64,000 bases of DNA from an uncultured Chloroflexia bacterium (GCA_963746845.1 CAVVCZ010000002.1:32001-96000); one strand, 5' to 3'; positions 10,657 to 21,185 are shown, counted from the first letter of the stretch. The notes: generated by a model not told the origin, from the sequence alone. Translations and numbers: made by a program.

Positions 10657-11838
10657 TCAGCGCCGCGAGCGTGCCGCAGGGGGCGATGGATCCGGGGTCT
10701 CGGCCGGAGGCTCCGGCGCAGCCACCGGGAGCCCGTCCTCCGGCAGCGTGTGCCGGATCAGCGCGCTGGCGACGTCGCCGCCCTGGCCGACGGACACCAT
10801 CGCGCGCGTGTTGCCCGCGAGCGACCTTGCCACCTCGAGCCGCTGGCTCTCGACATCCCAGTGCATCGCGTTCGGGTAGTCGTGGATCCGCCTCTCGAGA
10901 CGCTCCAGCCGGGCGACCTCGTTCGCGGCCTCCAGCTCGATCGCCTGCCGGCGGGCCTCGATCGTCACCCGGGCCAGCTCTTCGCGGTCCTTCTGGCGGA
11001 CCAGAGCCAGCGCGTGCTGCTCCTGCTCCTCGGCCCGCTGGAGCGTCGCCAGGCGGCGCGATTCGCGCGAAGCGATGAACTCGAGGGGCGGCAGGACATG
11101 GGTCACGACCACACGCACGACGAGGACGCCGTACCGCTCGAGCGCGGATCCGATCTGCGTGCGGAGTCGCTCGGCGTCCGCCTCGCGCAGGTCGAGGATC
11201 GCTTCGGACGTCTTGTCGCGGACGAGGAGGCGGACCGCCTCCTGGCAGGTCGCCTGGCAGATCTGGTCGAAGTCGGGGGCGGAGATCGTGAACACGAACT
11301 TCTCCGGCGCCTCGATCCGGAACGTCATCAGGATGTCGACGTTCGTCCGGACGTCGTCGCTGGTCGGCGTCTCCATCGCGATGGCGTCGAACGGCGTCTC
11401 CCGGCTCGTGACGATGTGGCTGACGATGATCCACGGCACGACGAAGTGGTTGCCGGGTCCGAGGGTCCGGGCGAACCGGCCACCCTTGAGCAGGATCGCG
11501 CGTGAGCCTTCCGGGACCGGGACCCGGAAGGATCGGAAGACTCCCAGGACGATGAGAAGACCGCCGGCCGCGAACAGACCCGTCCGGGGACCGAGGTCGA
11601 GGTCGAGGACGAGGCCGACTGCGATCGCGATGAGACCGGCGATCACGAACTCGTTCCGGATCCGGAGGGCATGCTCCGGCAGGACGATGATCGGCAGTCG
11701 CCCCGCGGAGTCCGGTGTCGATAGCGCCTCGGCCGTGTCCTGGAGCGGAACGCGGACCTGGGTCAGCTGGTTCCCGAGCGGACTCGTCTGAGCGGTCGCA
11801 TCGGGCGTCCCACTCTCGACGGCGACGTCATCGGCCAT
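10657..11838 (-). CDS. SPFH/band-7 domain membrane protein
   Basis: Two TM, then VPEGSRAILLKGGRFARTLGPG, TSDDV and a coiled-coil tail. Confidence 0.8.
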   Translation of the reverse strand: MADDVAVESGTPDATAQTSPLGNQLTQVRVPLQDTAEALSTPDSAGRLPIIVLPEHALRIRNEFVIAGLIAIAVGLVLDLDLGPRTGLFAAGGLLIVLGVFRSFRVPVPEGSRAILLKGGRFARTLGPGNHFVVPWIIVSHIVTSRETPFDAIAMETPTSDDVRTNVDILMTFRIEAPEKFVFTISAPDFDQICQATCQEAVRLLVRDKTSEAILDLREADAERLRTQIGSALERYGVLVVRVVVTHVLPPLEFIASRESRRLATLQRAEEQEQHALALVRQKDREELARVTIEARRQAIELEAANEVARLERLERRIHDYPNAMHWDVESQRLEVARSLAGNTRAMVSVGQGGDVASALIRHTLPEDGLPVAAPEPPAETPDPSPPAARSRR

Positions 11839-11855
11839 GGTTCATCCCCCTCGTG

Positions 11856-13145
11856 TCATGGCTGCGAGACCGGACTCGCCGGGGCCGCGGCGACGCGGAT
11901 CGCCCCGGGCGCGGTGGGTCGGCGATAGATGGCCGGCGTGCTCGGAGCCGGTGCGTTCGTCATCAGGAGACCGGCCATCTCGTGGGGCAGGACGCCGGCC
12001 GGGCGGGCCGGCTCGGACAGACGGCCGTGGAGATACCGGACGACGTCGACGACGATCGCCACGATCGGGGCCGCGAGCAGCAGCCAGAGGACGCCGAACT
12101 GGCCGATCATCACCACGCCCGGGACCATGATCGCGGGGTGGACGCCGAGCCGCCGGCCCATGATCCGGTTGCCGACCAGCGAGGACCCGATGATCCGCGC
12201 GCCCACATAGACGGCGAGATAGACGCCCGCCCGGTCGGGTGCGATCGGCAGGAGCAGGGCCGCCGGGATCAGCCCGATGATCGTGCCGACGACCGGGACG
12301 ACCTGGGCGATGCCGGCGAACACCGCGAGCGCCAGCGGCTCCTGGAATGTCGGGCCGCCGATCTGCGGCGAGAGCTTCAGCCCGAGCCAGGCGATCAGCG
12401 CGACGATGCCCGCCGTCACGACGTAGCCGCGGAGATAGGCCCCGGCGGCTCGATCGACGATGGCCACCATCGCCCACGCGTCGCGGCGGAAGGACGGTGC
12501 GATCCGGCGGTCGATGGCGCTGCGGGCGCGCTCCTTGTCGCTCATCACGACGAGCATCCAGGTCGGCAGGACGATCAGCCCGAGCAGGGCCCCGATCGTG
12601 TTCAACAGTGCGTTCACCGCGGTCCGGACGACGTCATCCAGGTTGCCGGCGGCACCCGACACGACGTCGCGGAACGCGGTCGCGAGGGCCGTGAGCACCG
12701 GGACGATCACCGCGGCGGATCCGTCCGGTAGGTTCCCGAGGCGCTGCTGCAGGTTCGCCACGGCCTGGTCCACGTCGGCGGCAGTCGGCAGGTCGACCGC
12801 GAACCGGACGAAGACATTAGCGAGGGGCGGCAGGATGAGGAGCAGGATCCCGCCGACGACCGCGACCACGGCGAGGACCGACAAGAGGGACGCGAGGAAC
12901 CGGGGCATCACGCGATCGAGGGCATCGACGAGCGGCAGGAGCTGATAGGTGATCAGCCCGCCGACGATGAACGGCAGGAGCGCCGGCCACGTCGCCCTCG
13001 TGAGCCAGAACCCGCCGGCGAGGGCGGCGACGACGACGACGGCCCGCCCGATCGCCTGGGGCGTGACGGTCCGGAGCCGCCCGCGCAGGTCCGCCCACTC
13101 GGCGGCCGCGCGCCGCTGCTGGGTCGTTCGGTCCACCGCGCTCAT
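11856..13145 (-). CDS. AI-2E family transporter
   Basis: PFIVGGLITYQLLPLVD, YLRGYVV, VVPVVG, LGVHP, LLLAAPIVA. Confidence 0.85.
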   Translation of the reverse strand: MSAVDRTTQQRRAAAEWADLRGRLRTVTPQAIGRAVVVVAALAGGFWLTRATWPALLPFIVGGLITYQLLPLVDALDRVMPRFLASLLSVLAVVAVVGGILLLILPPLANVFVRFAVDLPTAADVDQAVANLQQRLGNLPDGSAAVIVPVLTALATAFRDVVSGAAGNLDDVVRTAVNALLNTIGALLGLIVLPTWMLVVMSDKERARSAIDRRIAPSFRRDAWAMVAIVDRAAGAYLRGYVVTAGIVALIAWLGLKLSPQIGGPTFQEPLALAVFAGIAQVVPVVGTIIGLIPAALLLPIAPDRAGVYLAVYVGARIIGSSLVGNRIMGRRLGVHPAIMVPGVVMIGQFGVLWLLLAAPIVAIVVDVVRYLHGRLSEPARPAGVLPHEMAGLLMTNAPAPSTPAIYRRPTAPGAIRVAAAPASPVSQP

Positions 13146-13266
13146 CGCCGTTCCTCCGGATGTCGTACCGAGATCGTCAGCATCCTATCGGACGTTCTCG
13201 CGGAGCGATGGCGCCCACCGGGTGACGCATGGTGTGCCCGCACGCTCCGGCCCGCCGCGGTCCGGT

Positions 13267-14610
13267 TCACAGGAACCGCGACGAGCGGGCCATCAGCCGC
13301 TCCCACGCCCGGCGCGCTCGCCGCTCGGTGGCGGTCGCGGGCGACGACGCCGCGATGAGCTCGTCGAACACCGGCTCCGCGAGGGCGGGGACCGGCGGGC
13401 CCTCGAGCAAGAGGTCCAGCTCGTCGTTGCGGTACAGCGACAGGTCGTCGAGGTTGCAGCTGCCGACCAGCAGCCGATCATCGAAGCGATAGATCTTCGC
13501 GTGGGCCATGCCCGGGTGCTCGACGACCTGGACGCCGGCCGCGAGGAGCGCGGGCAGCCATGCGCGGAAGGCCGCGATCGCGTAGGGCGGCCGGGGCTCG
13601 GCGGGGATGACGATGCGGACCGCCACGCCGCGTTCGGCGGCGACGATCAGCCGCCGGATGACGCCGCCGTTCGCGAGGTAGGGGTTCACGATGTCGATGA
13701 CATCGTTCGCCGCGACGAGCGACTCGAGGATCGTCTCGCGGATCGGGTGGTGGCCGGTCCCCGGCACGTTCATCAGGAGCGTCACGTCGAGCCCCTCGAC
13801 GGGCGCGTCCGGGGTTCGGGCCACCTCGTCGAGGAAGATCCCGTCGAGGTCCGGCGGGCGGGGCCCGCCGTCCTTCACCCAGCTCGTGAGGAACGCCAGC
13901 TGGACGTGGGACACGATCGGGCCGGTGACCCGGCACATCGCGTCCGCGAACCGGCCGTCGGCGAAGTGGTCCTCGATGCCGGTCCCGCCGACGTAGGCCA
14001 CCCGCCCGTCGATGACCATCATCTTGCGGTGGTCGAAGTGGAGCGCGTCCTCGGCGTGGAACTCCAGCCGCCGGTCGCCGACCAGCCCGCGCCGGGCAAT
14101 CAGGATTCCGTCGTTGGAGACGACCTGTGCGCCGGCCGCCCGGAGGCGGTCGTAGAGGCCGCGGCTGTGGCCGTCGATCGCGCTGCCCACGGCATCGACC
14201 GCGACCTTGACCTCGAGGCCCGCGGCGGCGCGCTCGGCCAGGGCGTCGACGAACGTGTCCGCGATCGCTCCGGGCCGGAACGCGTAGAACAGCAGGTGGA
14301 TATGGTCGCTGGCCGAGGCGATGTCCTCGAGGATCCGCGGGAAGTAGCGCCGGCCGTGGAGCAGGATCTCGACGCTCGCGACGGTCGTCGGCGCGAACGT
14401 GATCGCCTCGTCGCGACGCCGGATCTCCGGCAGGGCGAGGAGCTCCGCCGCGCGTTCTCGAGCGGTCGCGGGGGTCACTGGCTCCGGGCGAACCGGTGCT
14501 CTCCGTGCCGCGCGCATCGAGCGACGACGGCCGACGGCCGCACCGGCCGCGACTGCCGCGGACCCGACGCCCGCAATGACGACGACGGCTCGTCCTGGTC
14601 GATCCGGCAT
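13267..14610 (-). CDS. Phospholipase D / cardiolipin synthase-like protein
   Basis: Two HKD motifs: HRKMMVIDG and HAKIYRFDD...GSCNL. Confidence 0.88.
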   Translation of the reverse strand: MPDRPGRAVVVIAGVGSAAVAAGAAVGRRRSMRAARRAPVRPEPVTPATARERAAELLALPEIRRRDEAITFAPTTVASVEILLHGRRYFPRILEDIASASDHIHLLFYAFRPGAIADTFVDALAERAAAGLEVKVAVDAVGSAIDGHSRGLYDRLRAAGAQVVSNDGILIARRGLVGDRRLEFHAEDALHFDHRKMMVIDGRVAYVGGTGIEDHFADGRFADAMCRVTGPIVSHVQLAFLTSWVKDGGPRPPDLDGIFLDEVARTPDAPVEGLDVTLLMNVPGTGHHPIRETILESLVAANDVIDIVNPYLANGGVIRRLIVAAERGVAVRIVIPAEPRPPYAIAAFRAWLPALLAAGVQVVEHPGMAHAKIYRFDDRLLVGSCNLDDLSLYRNDELDLLLEGPPVPALAEPVFDELIAASSPATATERRARRAWERLMARSSRFL

Positions 14611-14615
14611 CGTCG

Positions 14616-16181
14616 TCAGAACGGCCAGAACACGGGGACGAGAAAGACGCTCACGAGGAAGAACATCAGCATGAACACGAGACCGAGCTTCCAGTAGTCG
14701 CCGAAGCGATAACCGCCAGGGCCCATGACCATCATGTTGACAGGGGTCGCGACCGGGGTCAGGAAGGACGCCGCAGCCGCCACGGTCACGCTCATCAGCA
14801 CCGGCTGGACGGACACGCCGAGGTCCAGGGCCGCGGCCGCCGCGATCGGGATCACGATGAGGGCGGTCGCCATGTTGCTGATCAGCTGGCCGAGGATCGC
14901 CGTGATCAGGAACAGCCCGATCAGGAGCGCGTACGGGCCGAGGTTGCCGATGGCGCTCACGAGATTGTCCGCGATCAGGTCGGCCGCGCCGGTCTTCGTC
15001 ATCGCGGTCGACAACGGGATCATCCCCGCGATCAGGACGATGGTCGTCCAGGAGATCGAGCGGTAGGCGCCCTCCGGGGTGACGACCCGGAGCAGGACCA
15101 TGGCGCTGGCGGCGACCAGGCCGGCGATCGCCGACGGGACGACGCCGGTGATCAGCGCGATCACCATCGCGACCAGGACGATGACGGCTTCGGCGGCCTT
15201 GAGGCCGAGGGGGACGGCCCGTTTCACGAGGTCCGGGGCGTCGACGACGAGGACATCGGGGTCGTCGAGGTTCTCGTCGAGCGCGGTCCACGTCCCCTGG
15301 AGGAGCAGGACGTCGCCGACGGCGAGCGTGGTCTCCCCCGGTCCCTTGTCCTCGCCCTTGCGCTGGACGGCGAGCACCGTCAGGTCGCCGCTCTCCGTCG
15401 TCATCCCCGGGAACGCGACCTGTCCGACGAGCCCGGAGCGCGGCCTGATCACGACCTCGGCCAGGCCAACGGTCTGGTCGATGACGGCTCCCTGGCCCTC
15501 CCCGACGCCGTACTGCTCGACGAGCGTCCGGGCGTGGCGGCTGAGGTCGGGCAGGATCGCCTTCGGCTGACGCGTCGGCAGCAGTCGCTGGCCGAGGACG
15601 ACGGAGATGAGGATCGCGCCGATGACGAGCGGGATGCCGACGAGCGCGAACTCGAAGTAGCCGAACGGACGGCCGCCGTAGTCGGTGGCGGCCTGGTTGA
15701 TGATCACGTTCACGGGCGTCCCGGTGAGCGCCAGCATCGATCCCGCGTGGGCGCCGAAGACGAGCGGGATGAGCAGCTGGGACGGCGACCGGCCGAGACG
15801 GATGGCCAGCACGACGATGACCGGCAGGAGCGCGGCGACGGCCCCGTTGACGCTGATCAGGGCGGTCAACCCCGCGACGAGCAGCGTCATCATCACGATC
15901 AGGCGGGTCCGGCTCTCGCCAATCCGGGCGATCAGCTCCTGGCCGGCCCACGCGGTGATCCCGCTCGCGTCGAGGCCCTCGCTGACGACGAACAGCGTCG
16001 CGATGAAGATCACGGTCGGGTCGCCGAAGCCCGCGAGCGCCTCGGTGACGTTCAGGATCCCGGTGAAGTACAGGCTCAGCGCCGCGCCGATCGCCACGAT
16101 CCCGACCGGGATCCGGCCGGAGACGAACGCCACGACGACGAGGAGCAGGATCGCGAAGCTGATCGCGATGTCGGTGGTCAT
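14616..16181 (-). CDS. SLC13/DASS family permease with TrkA-C (RCK-C) domain
   Basis: LTGTPVN, ISNMAT, SFLTPVATPVN, GGYRFGDYWKLG. Confidence 0.9.
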   Translation of the reverse strand: MTTDIAISFAILLLVVVAFVSGRIPVGIVAIGAALSLYFTGILNVTEALAGFGDPTVIFIATLFVVSEGLDASGITAWAGQELIARIGESRTRLIVMMTLLVAGLTALISVNGAVAALLPVIVVLAIRLGRSPSQLLIPLVFGAHAGSMLALTGTPVNVIINQAATDYGGRPFGYFEFALVGIPLVIGAILISVVLGQRLLPTRQPKAILPDLSRHARTLVEQYGVGEGQGAVIDQTVGLAEVVIRPRSGLVGQVAFPGMTTESGDLTVLAVQRKGEDKGPGETTLAVGDVLLLQGTWTALDENLDDPDVLVVDAPDLVKRAVPLGLKAAEAVIVLVAMVIALITGVVPSAIAGLVAASAMVLLRVVTPEGAYRSISWTTIVLIAGMIPLSTAMTKTGAADLIADNLVSAIGNLGPYALLIGLFLITAILGQLISNMATALIVIPIAAAAALDLGVSVQPVLMSVTVAAAASFLTPVATPVNMMVMGPGGYRFGDYWKLGLVFMLMFFLVSVFLVPVFWPF

Positions 16182-16215
16182 CAGCGTGGCCCGCGAAGCG
16201 GGTTGCGGTAGGCGC

Positions 16216-17889
16216 TCAGAGCTTGACCGGGTAACCGGGTCCCAGGGGGATGCCGAGGACGAACCACAGGACGAACAGGAGGGTCCAGGAGACCGCGATG
16301 ATCACGACGTACGGGAGCATCAACGCGATGATCGTCCCGATCCCGGCGTCCTTCTGGTAGCGCTGCGCGATCGTGACCATGAACGGCAGGTAGACCATCA
16401 ACGGGGTCACGACGTTGATCGGCGAGTCGCCGACGCGATACGCCGCGAGGCCGGTCTGCGGCGGCACGCCCAGCTGGATGAAGAGCGGGACGAAGATCGG
16501 GGCGAAGATCGCCCACTTCGGGATGAGCCCCGGCATGATCACGTCCAGGAGCAGGATGATCACGATCATGCCGATCAGGAGCGGCAGCGCCCCGATGCCC
16601 GCCGCGGTCAGGACCTCCGCGAGGGCGACGGCGAGGACGCTCGGGATGTTGCTGTAATTGAAGTAGGCGATGAACTGGCTGATCATCAGGAGCATGAAGA
16701 CGAGCCCGGCCAGACCGGCGAACGTCTTCACGACGGCGTTGATCACGTCAGTGCTGGACTTGAACGTGCCGGCGCCGATCCCGAACCCGACCCCCGAGAT
16801 CAGGAACGTCATCGCGATGATGAACAGCAGGCTGTCCATGAACGGGGTCGTGCCGATGATGTCGCCGCTCACGGGATCGCGGAGCGGGGCGCCGGGCGGC
16901 AGCGTGATCAGCAGCACGAACCCGAGGAAGACGAGGAAGCCGATCAACGCGCCGCGCAGGCCCCGCTTCTCGGCGGCCCGGTCATTGACGGCGTCCGCGT
17001 CGGTCTCGATCGCGATCCCGTCCGGGCCGCTGTCGGCCGCCGGCTGCCAAGCTCCGAGACGTGGCTCGACGATGCGCTCGGTGACGAAGTAGGCGACGAG
17101 CGCGATCACGATCGACGAGACGATGCTGAACCAGTAGTTGGCGAGAATCGTCAGGGGTGTCTGCCCGCCCACGGCCGCCAGGGCCTCGTTCGTGATCGCC
17201 GTGATCTGGGCGTCGATCGGGCCGGGGATCGGGTTGACCCCGAAGATGGCCCCGACGCCCGCGAAGCACGCGGCCATGCCGGCGAGCGGGTGACGGCCGA
17301 CGCTCGCGAAGGCGGCGGCGCCGAGGGGCACAAGGATCAGGTAGCCGGCGTCGGTCGCGATGCTCGAGAGGACGCCGACGAGGATCAGGGCGAAGGCCAG
17401 GATCCGCCGCGGTGACGCCGCGACGAGGAGTCGGATCAGGGCGGCCATCAGGCCGCTCGCCTCGGCGACGCCAGCCCCCATCAGGGCGACGAACGTCACC
17501 GCGATCACGCCGAAGCCGGCGAAGTTCGGGACGAACGACACGAAGATGAACCGAATCCCCTCGATCGAGAGCAGGCTCTTGATCGGGATCGTCACCTCTT
17601 GCGTGTGGAAGCCGCCCCGGTAGTCCGGCGTGAGCTGGTCCGGCTCGAGGATCGGCTGGGTCGTGTCCTCGTAGTAACCAGGGGTCGTCGGCACGTTGTC
17701 GGGGACGACAACCGTGTCCGTGACGCTGACGCCCGCGAACCCGAGCACGGCGGAGATGACGATCACCCCGATGATGAGGTACAGGAACATCATCACCGGG
17801 TGGGGGACCTTGTTCCCGGCACGTTCGACGAAATCGAGCAGCTTTGCCATGCCGCCGTGCTGGGGTGCTGCGGCCGTTGCCTCGGTCAC
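16216..17889 (-). CDS. abgT: AbgT family transporter
   Basis: ERAGNKVPHP, GRHPLAG, YRVGDSPINVVTPLMVY. Confidence 0.9.
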   Translation of the reverse strand: MTEATAAAPQHGGMAKLLDFVERAGNKVPHPVMMFLYLIIGVIVISAVLGFAGVSVTDTVVVPDNVPTTPGYYEDTTQPILEPDQLTPDYRGGFHTQEVTIPIKSLLSIEGIRFIFVSFVPNFAGFGVIAVTFVALMGAGVAEASGLMAALIRLLVAASPRRILAFALILVGVLSSIATDAGYLILVPLGAAAFASVGRHPLAGMAACFAGVGAIFGVNPIPGPIDAQITAITNEALAAVGGQTPLTILANYWFSIVSSIVIALVAYFVTERIVEPRLGAWQPAADSGPDGIAIETDADAVNDRAAEKRGLRGALIGFLVFLGFVLLITLPPGAPLRDPVSGDIIGTTPFMDSLLFIIAMTFLISGVGFGIGAGTFKSSTDVINAVVKTFAGLAGLVFMLLMISQFIAYFNYSNIPSVLAVALAEVLTAAGIGALPLLIGMIVIILLLDVIMPGLIPKWAIFAPIFVPLFIQLGVPPQTGLAAYRVGDSPINVVTPLMVYLPFMVTIAQRYQKDAGIGTIIALMLPYVVIIAVSWTLLFVLWFVLGIPLGPGYPVKL

Positions 17890-17922
17890 GGTACGGTGCC
17901 TCCCGCTAAGAGAACAGGGGCG

Positions 17923-19410
17923 TCAGTGGCGCGTCGGCCGGAAGTTGGTCGCGAAGGTTGCCAGCAGCCGCGTCCCGAACGCGGTGGCGCCGGTCGGCCG
18001 CCAGCCGTCGTCACGGTCGACGACCATCGGACCGCAGATGTCGAGATGACCGAAGGGGGTCCCGTCGACGAAGTCCTCGAGGAACAGCCCCGCGGTGATC
18101 GTCCCGGCGTCGATCCCACCCATGTTCTTGATGTTCGCGATCTTCGAATCGAGCTGCGGCCGGTAGCGCCGGACGAGCGGCAGCTCCCAGAGCGGCTCGT
18201 CCGTCGCCGCCCCCGCGGTCCGGAGCTGGGTGACGAGCTCCGGGTCGTTGCCGAGCACGGGCGCGAGCGCCGACCCGAACGTCCGCATCGCGGCGCCGGT
18301 CAACGTGGCAATCGTGACGATGGCGTCCGCCCCGTCCTCCACGGCGAGCGCCAGGCCGTCGGCCATCACGAGGCGGCCTTCGGCATCGGCGTTCACGACC
18401 TCGACCGTCTTGCCGCCGCGGATCGTCAGCACGTCGCCGAGCCGGGTCGCGGTGCCGGACGGCATGTTGTCCGTGCACATCAGGAACCCCTCGACGGTTG
18501 CCTTGCAGCCGAGGTCGCGCAGGGTGAGCATCGCGCCGAAGATCGCGGCGGCGCCGGACATGTCCAGCTTCATCAGCGCGTGCATCGCGTCCGACGGCTT
18601 GAGGCTGATCCCGCCCGAGTCGTACATGATCCCCTTGCCGACGAGGGCGAGGAGCCCGGTGGACTTGCCGGACGGCCGCCATGTCAGCTTGATCAGGCGC
18701 GCCTCCTCGCCACTGCCGGAGTTGACGCCGAGCAGCCCGCCACAGCCCATCTCGACGAGCTGAGCCTGATCGAACACCTCGACCGCGAGACCGGCGGATG
18801 GCCCGATCTCCTCCGCGACATCGGCGAACCTCGTCGCCGTCAGGTGGGTCGCTGGTGCGTTGCACAGGTCGCGGGCGGCGTTCGTCGCGCGGGCCAGCAC
18901 GAGGCCCCTTGCTGCCCCGCCGCGGACGGCCCTGGCCGCCGCGGCATCGACCACCAGCGTCACGCTCGCGAGCGGGATGTCGGCCGCGCGGTCCTGGAAC
19001 TCGCGATAGCGGTAGCGCGCCAGGACCATGCCCTCGACGGCCGCCTGCCCGAGCTCGGCGGCATCGACGCCCTTGATCGAGCGGAGGTCCAGGACGGGGT
19101 CCGCGTGGCGATGGCCGCGCAGGGCGAACCACGCGGCTGCGTCGCGGACCGACGCCGGGCCGATGCCCGCGGTTGGACCCAGACCCGTCTCGATGACGAG
19201 CGGCCCCGTGACCTGCGGCAGGACCAGGGTCTCGCCGACCCCGGCGGCGAAGTCGGACGCCTCGAGCGTGGCCCGGTCGAACCCGACCCGCTCGGGAACC
19301 GCGCCGTCAGCAGGGACGGGGATGCCGATGACGGTCGCGCCGTCCGGGAGGTCGGAGACGACGCGCACGTCGATCGGGTCTGCGCGCCACGATGGGATCG
19401 GTTCGAACAC
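17923..19410 (-). CDS. pepA: M17 leucyl aminopeptidase
   Basis: VGKGIMYDSGG, MKLDMSGAA, NADAEGRL, ATLTGA, HLDI; GTG start after GGAGG inferred. Confidence 0.9.
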   Translation of the reverse strand: MFEPIPSWRADPIDVRVVSDLPDGATVIGIPVPADGAVPERVGFDRATLEASDFAAGVGETLVLPQVTGPLVIETGLGPTAGIGPASVRDAAAWFALRGHRHADPVLDLRSIKGVDAAELGQAAVEGMVLARYRYREFQDRAADIPLASVTLVVDAAAARAVRGGAARGLVLARATNAARDLCNAPATHLTATRFADVAEEIGPSAGLAVEVFDQAQLVEMGCGGLLGVNSGSGEEARLIKLTWRPSGKSTGLLALVGKGIMYDSGGISLKPSDAMHALMKLDMSGAAAIFGAMLTLRDLGCKATVEGFLMCTDNMPSGTATRLGDVLTIRGGKTVEVVNADAEGRLVMADGLALAVEDGADAIVTIATLTGAAMRTFGSALAPVLGNDPELVTQLRTAGAATDEPLWELPLVRRYRPQLDSKIANIKNMGGIDAGTITAGLFLEDFVDGTPFGHLDICGPMVVDRDDGWRPTGATAFGTRLLATFATNFRPTRH

Positions 19411-19581
19411 CGCCGCCGCCTCCGTCCTCGTGACTCCCCAACGGCCGAGACCGGGACAGACCTCGGGGCCGCCACGATACGTTCTCAGCGCAGGCGTTTC
19501 ACAGGGCGCCGACACTCCGAGCCGGGCGCGCGGACACGCCAGCGAGGCTCGACCGATCCGGTGCCGACCCGGACACGAAGA

Positions 19582-19613
19582 GGGCGGGTCCCGCGATCGC
19601 GCGGGACCCGCCC
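19582..19613. terminator. GC-rich hairpin, probable terminator
   Basis: GGGCGGGTCCCGCG-ATCG-CGCGGGACCCGCCC, perfect 14 bp stem just downstream of 19636 stop. Confidence 0.65.
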
Positions 19614-19635
19614 GGTCTCTGATGACGCGATGGCG

Positions 19636-20040
19636 TCAGGCCGTGGCTGCGGTGCCCTCGTCGAAGGCCGCCTTGACCTCCGGCGTGCTCAGGTACCAGA
19701 GGATCAGCACCGGCATGATCGCCATGCCGAAGCCGACACCGGAGCCCGGGCCGCTGAAGAAGGCGAGGACCGCCTCGAACAGGCTGAAGCCGGCGACGAT
19801 CAGCGCGAACGTCCGGGCCCACGCCTGGAGCGCCCAGAGGCCGAACGCGACGAGGATCCAGATGATCCCGGCGCCGATCGCGAGCCAGCCCCACAGGCCG
19901 ACATGCTCGTACTGCGGCAGGTCACCGAGCAGACCGAACCAGTCGAAGCCGAGGACCCGGAAGCCGAAGAACAGGTACGTGAACCCCGCGAGTGCGGAGA
20001 AGAATCCGATGACCGAGATGAGGATGGGTGGGTTCTTCAT
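19636..20040 (-). CDS. Small 4-TM membrane protein
   Basis: Hydrophobic; FGLWALQAWAR and YLSTPEVKAAF echo gene 78-482. Confidence 0.75.
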   Translation of the reverse strand: MKNPPILISVIGFFSALAGFTYLFFGFRVLGFDWFGLLGDLPQYEHVGLWGWLAIGAGIIWILVAFGLWALQAWARTFALIVAGFSLFEAVLAFFSGPGSGVGFGMAIMPVLILWYLSTPEVKAAFDEGTAATA

Positions 20041-20216
20041 GGGGGCAGGTCTCCATTGGGCAGGGAGATTGGTGGTCGGGGAGGCGATCGCTTCGGCTCA
20101 GACGATGCAGACACCCACGCTGGTTGGCCATGATGAGTTCGACACGGGTGAGTCTGCACGACCTCGTCAAGAGCGCGATGGTCGAACCCGTCTCCTCGCG
20201 CCGTGACGCTGCCCCG

Positions 20217-20462
20217 TCAGGCGATGGTCGGCTCGAGCGCGAGGGTCGGCACGTCGACGATGCGGGTCCGCGTGTGCGTCGGCGCGGCCAGGGCCGCGAT
20301 CAGGCGCCGGACGCGACCCTCCGGTCGATCGCCGAGCGAGGAGCATTCGAGCCAGATTGCGCCGTCATGAGCAACGGGCGTGGTGTGGCGGCCGCACGAG
20401 CAGAACGGCTCGGCGTCATTCGCCCGCTCGATCAGATCGACGATCTGTGTGTTGGTGGTCAT
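20217..20462 (-). CDS. Small Cys/His-containing hypothetical protein
   Basis: GGGGAG RBS; CSCG...C...H; divergent from TetR. Confidence 0.6.
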   Translation of the reverse strand: MTTNTQIVDLIERANDAEPFCSCGRHTTPVAHDGAIWLECSSLGDRPEGRVRRLIAALAAPTHTRTRIVDVPTLALEPTIA

Positions 20463-20481
20463 CGGGGACTCCCCAGAACGA

Positions 20482-20541
20482 GATACGGTACGTTCCGTAT
20501 CCTACGTGCTGAGACGGGGTCAATGCAAGACGCTCCGTATC
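20482..20541. promoter_or_regulatory. Probable TetR operator(s)
   Basis: GATACGG-N6-CCGTATC inverted repeat (20482-20501) and a second ACGxTCCGTATC copy ending 20541 in the divergent intergenic region. Confidence 0.55.
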
Positions 20542-20555
20542 GTTATGATCGTGTG

Positions 20556-21185
20556 ATGACCGAGACCATCGCCCGCCGGGGCCGCCCGCGCAGCGACGAG
20601 GTCCATCGACGCATCCTCGACGCCGCCCGCGAGCTCCTGATCGAGGACGGCTTCGCCGACCTCCGCCTGGAGCATGTCGCGACGCGCGCCGGCGTCGGCA
20701 AGGCCACGATCTATCGGCGGTGGGACTCGAAGGAGGCGCTCGCCGGAGAGCTGCTGTCCGAGCTCGCCGGGCCGCACATCGCGATCCCCGACCGCGGCGA
20801 CACGCGAGCCGAGCTCCTGGCGGCCGTCGCCAACCCGATGTACGCGGTGACCGAGACCCCGTTCGGGCCCGTGATCCGGGCCCTGCTGTCGCAGATCGCC
20901 GTCAACCCGCGGCTGGGCGATCCATTCCGGGCGTCCGTGGTGCAGGCCCGGCGCGACGAGATCGCGCGCGTCATCCGACGCGGCATCGCGCGGGGTGACC
21001 TGCGACCCGACGCCGACATCGACCTGGCGACCGAGCTCCTCGCGGGCCCCGTCTACTTCCGGCTGATGTTCGGCGGCACGCTCAACGACGACTTCGCGAA
21101 GCGGCTCATCGACACGGTGCTGCGTGGGTTCCGTCAGGTGCCGGCGGCGAATGACGCCAGCCGATCGGCGGACGGGATCACGTAG
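20556..21185 (+). CDS. TetR/AcrR family regulator
   Basis: RGRPRS, VATRAGVGKATIYRRW HTH. Confidence 0.92.
   Translation: MTETIARRGRPRSDEVHRRILDAARELLIEDGFADLRLEHVATRAGVGKATIYRRWDSKEALAGELLSELAGPHIAIPDRGDTRAELLAAVANPMYAVTETPFGPVIRALLSQIAVNPRLGDPFRASVVQARRDEIARVIRRGIARGDLRPDADIDLATELLAGPVYFRLMFGGTLNDDFAKRLIDTVLRGFRQVPAANDASRSADGIT

Noticed and set aside
1049-20133. Long antisense and alternate-frame ORFs (e.g. 1049-3466 minus, 5555-7156 minus, 17599-20133 plus)
   Set aside because: Shadow ORFs from high-GC codon bias opposite well-supported genes; Arg/Pro/Gly-rich with no motifs.
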